In this document: positions 20,387-28,972 of the stretch, piece after piece
Numbering within the stretch: position 1 is the stretch's first letter
Layout of the letters: each line of letters starts with the position of its first letter
Source: Patescibacteria group bacterium
GTDB taxonomy: Bacteria > Patescibacteriota > Patescibacteriia > Veblenbacterales > UBA10138
Reading direction: 5' to 3'
Assembly (NCBI GenBank): GCA_018817715.1
Contig: JAHITT010000006.1
Coordinates: 11,147-75,146 of the forward strand
Length of the DNA: 64,000 bases
The notes under the pieces: generated by a model
What the model was told of the DNA's origin: nothing
Databases searched by the model: none
What the model saw: only the letters and a program-made list of their open reading frames with translations
Position numbers and translations under genes: made by a program

Positions 20387-21937
20387 ATGAAAAAGCAGCA
20401 AAATATTTATACTTTTAGTAATATTAAAAAAGTTAGGTGGGGGGTGCTGGAAGAAAATCAACCCATTCATCTTTTTCCAGTAATGTATCCTTGTTGGTGT
20501 GGTATTGTTAAGGATGTGGGGAAGATTTTAGGTAAACCACAAACTAACATCATCAACTTCAATCATTATGATAAAAGTACAATATTCATTGATCATGATG
20601 AGTGGAATAAATTAGGCCTTTTTACTTTGCGTAAAATTTTACGAGATCCTAAGTGGGGATTTTACATAAGTAAAAAAATTATCAAACTTTCTGATATTTT
20701 GACTAAGTTTACTAGTCAAAAAATACATAAAGTAGATTTAACCAAAAAAACTAATCAGCAATTATATCATTTGTACAAGGAGTATCTAGATAAAGATGTT
20801 GTTGCATATAATTATGCCGCCATACCTGTGTATTTGGATTTATATAAACCTCATTTAACAACATATTTATTAAAATATTTAGATAAGCTTATATCTAAAT
20901 TAGATTATAAAATGACAGCTCGGGAGTGTTTTGTTGGTTTAACTATGCCAGTTGGGTTATCTAAGGTACAAAACGAAGAACTTGATTTATATAAATTAAC
21001 CATCAAAATAAAATCATTTATCAAGAACAATAAATTACCAAAGCTTTCTCAATTATCTGGGAGGAGTTTAAATTTATTCAAAAAGCACACGGATAAATAT
21101 AGATACTTGGGTTATAATTGGGAAGGGCCGGCCTTTTCTGATTATTATTTTTGGAAAAGATTAGAAAATTTATTTAAAGATAAAGTCACTCCACAAACAA
21201 AAATTAAGGATTTTTTTGCCAATAAGAAAAAAGGTATAAGGCTAGCTGAAAAAATAAAGAAGGACTTACATATTGATAATAAACATAATAAGTTGTTGGA
21301 GCTGACTAAACATATAATTTATTCAAAAGAGTATCGAAAAATGGCTTTTGTACAGTCGTATTATGAGGTGGAGAAATTATTAAAGGAGATAGCTGATAGA
21401 TTGTCATTAAGTTTGGATGAAGTTAGGGTGAGCTTATTAACTGAAGTCAGATTAATGTTAACCAGCAAGCTAACCAGACCAAAAGAACTATCAGATAGAA
21501 TAGAGGGGCATTTATTTGTGGTTTTGAGCCAAAAATTACCTGGTCGGGTTTTTACGGATAATCTTTATTTAAAGACCAAGGAATATTTATTAAAGCGACA
21601 GGATTTACACGAAATTAATTATTTCCACGGGCAGACAGCTTGTTTAGGTAAAGCTGAGGGTCTAGTTAAAATAATTAATTCAGTTAAGGATATTGGAAAA
21701 ATGAGAAAAGGGGATATTTTAGTTTCTACTCAGACAAATCCTGATTTAGTACCAGCCATGCGTAAAGCAGCCGCTATAGTGACTGATTTAGGTGGTATAA
21801 CCTGCCACGCAGCTATTGTTTCCAGAGAATTAGGAATACCTTGTGTTATTGGTACTAAAGTGGCTACCAAAGTGCTTAAAGACGATGATAGGGTAGTGGT
21901 GGATGCTAGTAGAGGCGAGATTAAAAAGATTAATTAA
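20387..21937 (+). CDS. PEP-utilizing swivel domain protein, paralogue 6
   Basis: TDLGGITCHAAIVSRELGIP. Confidence 0.88.
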   Translation: MKKQQNIYTFSNIKKVRWGVLEENQPIHLFPVMYPCWCGIVKDVGKILGKPQTNIINFNHYDKSTIFIDHDEWNKLGLFTLRKILRDPKWGFYISKKIIKLSDILTKFTSQKIHKVDLTKKTNQQLYHLYKEYLDKDVVAYNYAAIPVYLDLYKPHLTTYLLKYLDKLISKLDYKMTARECFVGLTMPVGLSKVQNEELDLYKLTIKIKSFIKNNKLPKLSQLSGRSLNLFKKHTDKYRYLGYNWEGPAFSDYYFWKRLENLFKDKVTPQTKIKDFFANKKKGIRLAEKIKKDLHIDNKHNKLLELTKHIIYSKEYRKMAFVQSYYEVEKLLKEIADRLSLSLDEVRVSLLTEVRLMLTSKLTRPKELSDRIEGHLFVVLSQKLPGRVFTDNLYLKTKEYLLKRQDLHEINYFHGQTACLGKAEGLVKIINSVKDIGKMRKGDILVSTQTNPDLVPAMRKAAAIVTDLGGITCHAAIVSRELGIPCVIGTKVATKVLKDDDRVVVDASRGEIKKIN

Positions 21938-21941
21938 ATAT

Positions 21942-23474
21942 ATGAAGTATCAGTTATTACATCAAGAAACTTCTGTTACACCTCTAACTTTGGGTATGAA
22001 TCACCGGGGATTTCATCATCGCCTGCATACGAAATATACTAGACCTTTTTATTTTAAAGATAGCGTAATTGTTTATAAAAATTATAAGGTTGATTGGTAT
22101 GGTGATATAGATAATTTTTGTGAACTGGGTCAAAAAGTTATTGATAATGTTAAAAAAGACAAAACATTTAGCAAGCGTTTGTTATTAGATGTGGTTAAGA
22201 TTGGACAAGAGTTAGATGAATTGGATAGCATAATAATTAGTGAAAATTTTGCACGATTGACAAAACTAAATTTGCTAAATCAATTTAAAAAATTATTTAA
22301 ATTGTCTTATGATATTTGTGATTTGGGTGCAGTAGCAGTTTATCCTGATTTAAGACATTATAAATTATCAACATTACTTAAGAATATTATTAAGGAAAAA
22401 ATAGTTAAATACAATTTACCTAGAAAAACTAATGACTACTTTTCAATATTAATTACACCTACAATTACTGGTTTGGTGCAGCGGGAAAAGAATGTCATAC
22501 AAGAATTAGCAATTGAAATTCAGAGAGATAAAGCGCTAAAAAATGATTGGCTTAGGTTGAAAGCTAAAGACGTTTTAAAGAAACAAGCAGGCCACCTGCA
22601 CAAAACTATTGATAGTTTATATAAATTATATAGTAATTATCGATGGTCAGCTTTTGGGCAATTAGGGCCAAGTAAAACATTGGATGATTATATCGTTGAC
22701 ATAAAAAGCGAAATAAAAAATCCAATTTTAAAAAAACAAATATTAGAAGCTAAAAAACATTTAAATCAGATATTTAAACTTCAAAATTTATATTATAAAG
22801 AACTTCGTTTGACTAAAGTAGAAATTAACCTGTTTAAAGCGGCTCGAGATTTTAGTGAAAACAAGGTTTATAGATTTGATATTTTACTTAAAACTTGGTT
22901 AGCACTTGATTTGCTTTTGAGAGAAATTGCCAACAGAACAAAATATACGGTTAATGATTTAAGATTTATGTCTCCAGAGGAGATTGTTAGTTTATTAACT
23001 GGTCGGAAAATAATTCCAATTAGTATAATTAAAAATAGGCAAAAATTTTGTTTGACACTTATTAAGAATAATTCAATTATCCATTTAACAGGGGAGCAAG
23101 CCAAATCATACCTACGCCATAATATAGAAGCGGAAAATATTCAAAATAACATTAAGACATTGCATGGTAGTGTGGCTTATATGGGTCGGGTTAGCGGACG
23201 AGTAAAAATAGTTAATAGTCCTAAGGATATTAGTAAGGTTAAAAAAGGAGATATTTTAGTTTCTACTCAGACAAATCCAGATTTATTGCCGGCCATGCGA
23301 AAAGCTGGAGCTTTTGTAACTGATGTAGGTGGTATAACCTCCCATGCTGCTATTGTGGCTAGGGAATTAAAGAAACCTTGTATAATAGGTACAAAGATTG
23401 CTAGTAAAATATTTAAAGATGGTGATAGAGTAGATGTAGATGCTATTAAAGGTAATGTAACATTAATTAAATAA
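21942..23474 (+). CDS. PEP-utilizing swivel domain protein, paralogue 7
   Basis: TDVGGITSHAAIVARELKKP; start moved to ATG 21942. Confidence 0.87.
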   Translation: MKYQLLHQETSVTPLTLGMNHRGFHHRLHTKYTRPFYFKDSVIVYKNYKVDWYGDIDNFCELGQKVIDNVKKDKTFSKRLLLDVVKIGQELDELDSIIISENFARLTKLNLLNQFKKLFKLSYDICDLGAVAVYPDLRHYKLSTLLKNIIKEKIVKYNLPRKTNDYFSILITPTITGLVQREKNVIQELAIEIQRDKALKNDWLRLKAKDVLKKQAGHLHKTIDSLYKLYSNYRWSAFGQLGPSKTLDDYIVDIKSEIKNPILKKQILEAKKHLNQIFKLQNLYYKELRLTKVEINLFKAARDFSENKVYRFDILLKTWLALDLLLREIANRTKYTVNDLRFMSPEEIVSLLTGRKIIPISIIKNRQKFCLTLIKNNSIIHLTGEQAKSYLRHNIEAENIQNNIKTLHGSVAYMGRVSGRVKIVNSPKDISKVKKGDILVSTQTNPDLLPAMRKAGAFVTDVGGITSHAAIVARELKKPCIIGTKIASKIFKDGDRVDVDAIKGNVTLIK

Positions 23475-23476
23475 AT

Positions 23477-24082
23477 ATGATTAAGCTTATTATTTTTGAT
23501 TTGTATGGTCTTATATTAAGTTCGGGTTATCCAGATACTTCCAAATATCTGGCTAAGAAGTTTGGTGGAGATTGGCGGGATTATCAGGCCATAATATATA
23601 AAAAGTATTTTAACCAGGCGGCGGTACGACAAATAACTCAAAAACAGGCTTGGGTTTTGGCGGCTAAAGAATTAAAGTTACCGATTTCTTGGCAGGAGTT
23701 AAGAAAAATACATTATAAACTAATGACCTTGGATAAGCGGTTGGTTAAGTTAGATAAGGAATTAAACAAAAAAGGTTATATTACTTTAGTGCTTTCCAAG
23801 AATACCCGTAGTCAATTGGCCGATAACTGTAAGCGTTTTGGAATTAAAAAAATATTTAAAAATGTGATTAATACTTGGGAACTTAATTTACCTAAAGCCA
23901 GTAAAAAAACATTGGCCTTGGTTTTAAAGCGTTTTAAGGTTAAGCCGGAAGAGGTTATTTATGCGGATGATCAAAAGGCTAATTTAGTAGACGCTAAAGA
24001 AATGGGCATTAAAACAATTTTTGTTAAGAATTATCAGCAGTTTAAAAAAGAATTGGATGGTTATCTTTCTTATGATAAATAA
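23477..24082 (+). CDS. HAD-superfamily hydrolase (subfamily IA)
   Basis: IIFDLYG motif I, LSKN motif II, PK motif III, ADD..NL..A..MG motif IV. Confidence 0.85.
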   Translation: MIKLIIFDLYGLILSSGYPDTSKYLAKKFGGDWRDYQAIIYKKYFNQAAVRQITQKQAWVLAAKELKLPISWQELRKIHYKLMTLDKRLVKLDKELNKKGYITLVLSKNTRSQLADNCKRFGIKKIFKNVINTWELNLPKASKKTLALVLKRFKVKPEEVIYADDQKANLVDAKEMGIKTIFVKNYQQFKKELDGYLSYDK

Positions 24083-25568
24083 ATTTAAAGAAAAAGGTTG
24101 GCGTTTAATGTCTCAACGACAAAGGTTAAGCCCTTTCCCTAACTATATGTCTATGGAAGCTATGACGGGTTTAGTTAAGGAGTATGTTGGTGAAAATATA
24201 GATTGGCTGGTTTTATTTTTTGAAGACAGGATAATGAATGGGTTTAGTCCGTCTAAATCTTTTTTTGCTTCAGCTAATGATATTGTGAATAGGCTGGAGA
24301 ATAATCCTGGTATTTATGCTGATTTAATTAAAAAGCAGAATTATTGGGGAAAAAAATTGGTTAAACACGCTAAATTGAGTTTTAATAAAGTAGATAGTAC
24401 AAGTACGGCTCGAGATTTGTATAATTTTTGGATGAATTTTGAACGTATTTATAAACAGGTTTATGCTACTTATGGATCAGTTTGGATGATAGAGGATGTT
24501 TTTAATAATCGTTTATTACAGATAGTTAAAGAAAGGATTAGTAATGAAGTAAAATCTGTGGAGTTGCTTAATCTTTTGACATTACAACCAAAAGCTATGG
24601 TAGCGAGATTGGAAAAACAGGCTTTGTTAGAAGTGGCTGTTAAAATAGGTATTCGTTCTGGTTGGCGGCAGCAAGTTTTAAAAGGCAATTTTAAATCATT
24701 TGATAAAGGTTTAGTTGCTTTGATAGTTAAACACGAACGTGATTATTTTTGGGTAACTAGGGATTATGAGGATCCTATTTTGGACAAAGAAAGGATTATC
24801 AGCAAACTAAAAGACGTTTTACGAGAGAATTATAAAACTAACTTATTAGCCATGAAAAAAGAGTTGGTTAAATGGCGACAGCAGCAAGATTTTTTGACAA
24901 AGAAATTGCAATTGACTAATAAGGAAAAAAAGTTATTCTCGGCTATGCAGGATGTAGCTTACTTGAAGGAATTACGTAAGCATTATGTTTCAGAATCTTT
25001 ATATTATTTTGATAGGGTCTTATTGGAAATCGGCCGCCGTAGTTGTTTAAGTATTAAACAAGTTAGATTTTTAAAAACAGAAGACTTAAGCAGTGTTTTA
25101 TTTAGTAAAAAAGATTTTAGTAAAACAATTAATGATAGAATAAAATTATCTGTTTGGATAAGTCATCAAGGTAAAACAAAAGTAATAACTGGTAAAAAGG
25201 CTGAAATTTTAAAGAAAAAATTTATTCAAAAACCAAAAAATCTTTTGGAATTTATAGGTACCCCGGTGAGTCCTGGCAAAGCCCGTGGTCCAGTTAAAAT
25301 AGTATTGAATCCAGATGAGTGTTCTAAGGTTAAAAAAGGGGATATTATCGTTAGTATTCAAGTCGTGCCTAGTTTTTCAGCAGCCATTCAACGAGCGGCT
25401 GGTTTAATTTGCGATGGTGGACATGGCATTACTACTCATCCTGCTATTTTAGCTAGAGAAGCTAAAATTCCAGCAATTATTCAAACTAGGTTTGCTCGAG
25501 AAGTTTTAAAAGATGGTGATATAGTGGAGGTTGATGGTTATAAAGGTATGGCAAGAAAAATAAAATAA
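24072..25568 (+). CDS. PEP-utilizing swivel domain protein, paralogue 8 (variant His loop)
   Basis: CDGGHGITTHPAILAREAKIP; start moved to ATG 24072, overlapping the HAD stop. Confidence 0.85.
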   Translation: MINKFKEKGWRLMSQRQRLSPFPNYMSMEAMTGLVKEYVGENIDWLVLFFEDRIMNGFSPSKSFFASANDIVNRLENNPGIYADLIKKQNYWGKKLVKHAKLSFNKVDSTSTARDLYNFWMNFERIYKQVYATYGSVWMIEDVFNNRLLQIVKERISNEVKSVELLNLLTLQPKAMVARLEKQALLEVAVKIGIRSGWRQQVLKGNFKSFDKGLVALIVKHERDYFWVTRDYEDPILDKERIISKLKDVLRENYKTNLLAMKKELVKWRQQQDFLTKKLQLTNKEKKLFSAMQDVAYLKELRKHYVSESLYYFDRVLLEIGRRSCLSIKQVRFLKTEDLSSVLFSKKDFSKTINDRIKLSVWISHQGKTKVITGKKAEILKKKFIQKPKNLLEFIGTPVSPGKARGPVKIVLNPDECSKVKKGDIIVSIQVVPSFSAAIQRAAGLICDGGHGITTHPAILAREAKIPAIIQTRFAREVLKDGDIVEVDGYKGMARKIK

Positions 25569-25593
25569 ACCCTCTTTAAGAGGGTTTATTTTA
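25561..25593. terminator. bidirectional intrinsic terminator
   Basis: 15-bp inverted repeat TAAAATAAACCCTCT/AGAGGGTTTATTTTA between convergent genes. Confidence 0.8.
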
Positions 25594-25610
25594 TTAATAG
25601 CAGTTGTTAA

Positions 25611-26474
25611 CTAAATTTCAGTTGCTATTTTTTCTATATTTTTACCTACGGGCTTAGCTTTTTTCTTATTTTGTCCATAAAAATCCAGCCTCACCCCTTC
25701 GGCATTTTCCACTTCGCCAACTTTTTCTAAAGGAATATTTAATTCATCAGCTACTATTAAGGAAGTCATTGAAGCGTGGCTATTGGCAATGTAAACTATT
25801 CTTTTTTCTTGACCTTTGTTAGACAACCAATCAGCTATTTTTTCCACTTTAGCCATATCAATATTTTTTCTTTTTAACATTTGGCTTTTAGTTTCAACTG
25901 CTGTAGGAATTTCATCATCTGGTGTTAAAGCCCAAGCCACAATTTCATCTTTGGCTCCTAATTTTTCTTGGTAAGAAGTATCTCCCAATTTTTTTCTAAA
26001 ATCTGGCTCATGTTCAATACCTTGAATACCTTTTAATCTTTTTTCTACACCCGGCCCAGCTTCGGTTGGTATATTTTCTCCTTTCCATTCATAGGCGCTC
26101 TTTGGTAAGTCTATTTGGTCAGGCCTAGCGCCCAGTTCAATTAAAGTATCATTCATTACCCAGTCTTGCTCGCAAGTGCGATCAGTTTTTGAATCACGAA
26201 TAAATAACTTTATTTTATCTAAGGATTTTTGTAAAACTTCGGCATAGGCTTGTTTGTTGTTCCAATCTTTAAAATCCGATTGTTCGTCGCTTATAATCTG
26301 TTTGGCAATATTAGTAATGGTTTCTTTTACTTGTTCACGACCCTTATCAGTTAAACCTCGTTTGGGATTAGTTTTATCTTTACCAGATTCGCCGTGACGG
26401 ATAAGATAAACAGTTATATTTGGTTGTTCTTTTAATACTTCTTTGGATTCTGTAAATAATTGTTTTTCATTCAT
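25611..26474 (-). CDS. histidine phosphatase (phosphoglycerate mutase-like) family protein
   Basis: YLIRHGES, LTDKGREQ, C-terminal ANSHA. Confidence 0.8.
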   Translation of the reverse strand: MNEKQLFTESKEVLKEQPNITVYLIRHGESGKDKTNPKRGLTDKGREQVKETITNIAKQIISDEQSDFKDWNNKQAYAEVLQKSLDKIKLFIRDSKTDRTCEQDWVMNDTLIELGARPDQIDLPKSAYEWKGENIPTEAGPGVEKRLKGIQGIEHEPDFRKKLGDTSYQEKLGAKDEIVAWALTPDDEIPTAVETKSQMLKRKNIDMAKVEKIADWLSNKGQEKRIVYIANSHASMTSLIVADELNIPLEKVGEVENAEGVRLDFYGQNKKKAKPVGKNIEKIATEI

Positions 26475-26521
26475 ATAGTTTGATGAGTATTAACTAAGTA
26501 CTTAAATATTAGCACATTTTA

Positions 26522-26558
26522 GTAAAAAAATAGAAGGTTCCAATGTTTTGGAACCTTC
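26522..26558 (-). terminator. intrinsic terminator
   Basis: GAAGGTTCCAA/TTGGAACCTTC stem followed by a T-run on the minus strand. Confidence 0.7.
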
Positions 26559-26584
26559 GAAGGATTGTTTGTAAATTTAGTTAT

Positions 26585-27298
26585 TTATTTTGTAAATATT
26601 TTTTCCAGATGTTTTACTTCATCCGGTAGACGAAATTCTTCAACAGATACCGGAACAGCAATTCCATTATTAACGTCGAAAGTGTATATAAGGCCTTCGC
26701 AAGTTGATAAGGGACCGCCAATTGAACCAACAGATATGTTTTGCGGATAAACTTCTTTTACATCGTATGTTAGAGCTTTAATTAAAGAGCCAACAGCTTC
26801 TACAGCTACTCCGTGGCGGCAGCAAAGTATATTTGTGTTTTCTGTGCATCCTGCGGCATAAGCTAACATAGCTTGTACCTGTTCTGAGGCTCGTTTAAAC
26901 ACATAATCGCGTATTTCGCCGGGTTGGGTTAGGAAAACATGTTCCACTGTCATAGAGTTTTCTTTTTCCAATTGTTTGGCAATTTTAATTAAATTTTTGG
27001 CGTTGGGGTCTGAACCGATGTCGTCAAAAATAAGATCGGTTTTTACATCAAAGCTATGTCCAAGAGTGTCAAGGATAATTCGGGCTAGTTTCCAAGCGCG
27101 GGGTTGAGGACTAGTAATAGCTTTTTGAAACTTCACGCCAGAAAATTTTAGAATAGAAGCAACTATGTAGCTCGTCATCAAGCCGTATAAAGTAGGATTT
27201 TGATCCTTCTTTATTTTGTCTTGAAGGGTAGCATTTTGATCTTCAGCTGCTTTTTGTCTTTCGTAGTGACGGAAATCATAAATTTTTACAGTTGCCAT
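26585..27298 (-). CDS. divergent histidine phosphatase family protein
   Basis: FRHYER (RHG variant), TSPQPRA, C-terminal CRHG. Confidence 0.6.
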   Translation of the reverse strand: MATVKIYDFRHYERQKAAEDQNATLQDKIKKDQNPTLYGLMTSYIVASILKFSGVKFQKAITSPQPRAWKLARIILDTLGHSFDVKTDLIFDDIGSDPNAKNLIKIAKQLEKENSMTVEHVFLTQPGEIRDYVFKRASEQVQAMLAYAAGCTENTNILCCRHGVAVEAVGSLIKALTYDVKEVYPQNISVGSIGGPLSTCEGLIYTFDVNNGIAVPVSVEEFRLPDEVKHLEKIFTK

Positions 27299-27336
27299 TA
27301 GTGCACCTTTTGTTTTTTTGTGGGTTTTTGTTTATT

Positions 27337-27451
27337 AAGTTTAAGATTCGTCTGACGACGCATTTTTTACACGCTTTCAGATGAATCTTAAACTTGTTTG
27401 TTAAGGTACTATAAAACAGTCTATAATAGCGCATTTTTGGGTTTTTGTCAA
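27337..27451 (-). promoter_or_regulatory. sigma70 promoter plus structured 5' leader
   Basis: Minus strand TTGACA(27451-27446)-17-TATTAT(27428-27423); 19-bp inverted repeat 27337-27355/27377-27395 in the leader. Confidence 0.6.
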
Positions 27452-27513
27452 TGGTAGCTTTTATTTTATGGCTAGGTTAAAATAAAAATAGATTAATATT
27501 TAAAAAGATTTTT

Positions 27514-28461
27514 ATGAAAATAACTTTTAGTTTACCTTTTTCCAAAATTAGCAAAAAAGACGTTAGCTTAGCTGGTGGTAAGGGTGCTAGTTTAGGCGAA
27601 ATGGCCAAGGCCGGCATTCCGGTGCCGCCGGGTTTTGTGGTACTGGCCACAGCTTTTAATAGGTTTTTACAGGAAACGGATTTAGAGCAAGATATTCAAG
27701 CCCAGCTTAATAAAGTTAATTATCACGATGTCAATTCGGTTGATAGATATTCTAATGTTATAAGGGCAATGATTACCAAAGCTAAAATGCCTAAAGATTT
27801 GCAAGAAGAAATAGTAAAAGAGTTTAAAAAATTAAAAGTTAAATATGTGGCAGTTCGTTCTTCAGCCACAGCCGAAGATTCTAGTTCAGCTTCGTGGGCG
27901 GGGGAGTTAGAAACTTATTTAAATACCACTGACAAGGATTTGTTAAAGAGAGTTAAGGACTGCTGGTCTTCGCTGTTTACACCACGGGCTATTTTTTATC
28001 GGCATGAAAAAAAATTGCATAAAGTTAAAGTGGCGGTGGCGGTGGTTGTGCAGGCCATGGTGCAGTCGGAAATTTCTGGCATTGCTTTTACAGTTCATCC
28101 TGTTACCAAAGATAAAAAACAAATGATTATTGAAGCTGGTTATGGTTTGGGGGAATCTATTGTTTCTGGACAAATAACTCCCGATGCTTATGTAGTCAGT
28201 AAAAAGGATTTATCTTTAATAGATATAAATATTGCTGAACAAACTAAAAAATTAATAGGTTTACCTGGTGGAGGAAATAAGTGGATGGGTTTGAATAAAA
28301 AAGACGGTAGTAAGCAAAAATTAACTGGCAAACAAATAATAGAATTATCTAAAATTTGTTTGCATATAGAAAAGCATTATAAATTTCCCTGTGATATAGA
28401 ATGGGCTTTGGTAAAAAATAAATTTTATATAACCCAATCTAGACCTATTACCACTTTATAA
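27514..28461 (+). CDS. stand-alone PEP synthase/PPDK N-terminal ATP-grasp domain protein
   Basis: AGGKGASLGEM, VAVRSSATAED, SWAGELET, EAGYGLGESIVSG, DIEWA, QSRPITT then stop; no His domain or barrel. Confidence 0.93.
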   Translation: MKITFSLPFSKISKKDVSLAGGKGASLGEMAKAGIPVPPGFVVLATAFNRFLQETDLEQDIQAQLNKVNYHDVNSVDRYSNVIRAMITKAKMPKDLQEEIVKEFKKLKVKYVAVRSSATAEDSSSASWAGELETYLNTTDKDLLKRVKDCWSSLFTPRAIFYRHEKKLHKVKVAVAVVVQAMVQSEISGIAFTVHPVTKDKKQMIIEAGYGLGESIVSGQITPDAYVVSKKDLSLIDINIAEQTKKLIGLPGGGNKWMGLNKKDGSKQKLTGKQIIELSKICLHIEKHYKFPCDIEWALVKNKFYITQSRPITTL

Positions 28462-28472
28462 ATTCATATTAC

Positions 28473-28499
28473 CATTCCACCCATTCGCGCGAATGGGGG
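28473..28499. repeat. REP-like palindrome, copy 1
   Basis: CATTCCACCCATTCGCGCGAATGGGGG; near-identical copy at 57774-57801. Confidence 0.75.
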
Positions 28500-28514
28500 A
28501 TAGGTTAAAGTAAT

Positions 28515-28546
28515 ATATACCAATTTGGTAGGATTTATGCTATAAT
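28515..28546 (+). promoter_or_regulatory. promoter with probable Rrf2 operator
   Basis: Palindrome TACCAA-T-TTGGTA (28518-28530) upstream of extended -10 TGcTATAAT (28538-28546). Confidence 0.55.
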
Positions 28547-28556
28547 TGTAAAACCT

Positions 28557-28961
28557 ATGTTTTTTCAACTATCTGCCAAGGCCGAATACGGCTTAATGAT
28601 GCTGAAACATTTAGCCGCTCTTAAACCTAAGGAATTAGGTTGTTTAAGGTCTATTGCTAAGGAACAGAATTTACCTATTAAATTTTTGGAAAGGATTGCT
28701 TCGGATTTATTAAAAGCTGGTTTAGTAATTAGTCAGCCTGGTAGTGCCGGTGGTTATCGTCTTAAAAAATCGGCTAACCAAATAAAACTGTCTGAGATTC
28801 TAAGCGCTTTAGGTGAGGATGTTACCCCGACGGTGTGTAAACACGACGGCAATTGTTGTAAGCGTCAATCAGCTTGCCCTAATAAAACCGGTTGGTTAAA
28901 AGTACAAAAAGATTTAGCTAAAATAATCAATGCTTATAGATTAAGCGATCTAATTAATTAA
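28557..28961 (+). CDS. Rrf2 family transcriptional regulator (IscR-like)
   Basis: wHTH with GSAGGYRL; C-terminal Cys cluster (C..CC..C). Confidence 0.88.
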   Translation: MFFQLSAKAEYGLMMLKHLAALKPKELGCLRSIAKEQNLPIKFLERIASDLLKAGLVISQPGSAGGYRLKKSANQIKLSEILSALGEDVTPTVCKHDGNCCKRQSACPNKTGWLKVQKDLAKIINAYRLSDLIN

Positions 28962-28972
28962 TTTTTTATTTT

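Noticed and set aside
13034-25568. Integron or diversity-generating retroelement origin for the tandem array
   Set aside because: Spacers of 1-7 nt leave no room for attC sites; no integrase or reverse transcriptase; no template/variable repeat pair differing only at adenines
13034-28461. Annotating the array as ordinary PEP synthase, PPDK or PTS enzyme I
   Set aside because: No C-terminal PEP/pyruvate-binding TIM barrel or HPr-binding domain in any gene; the swivel domain is C-terminal
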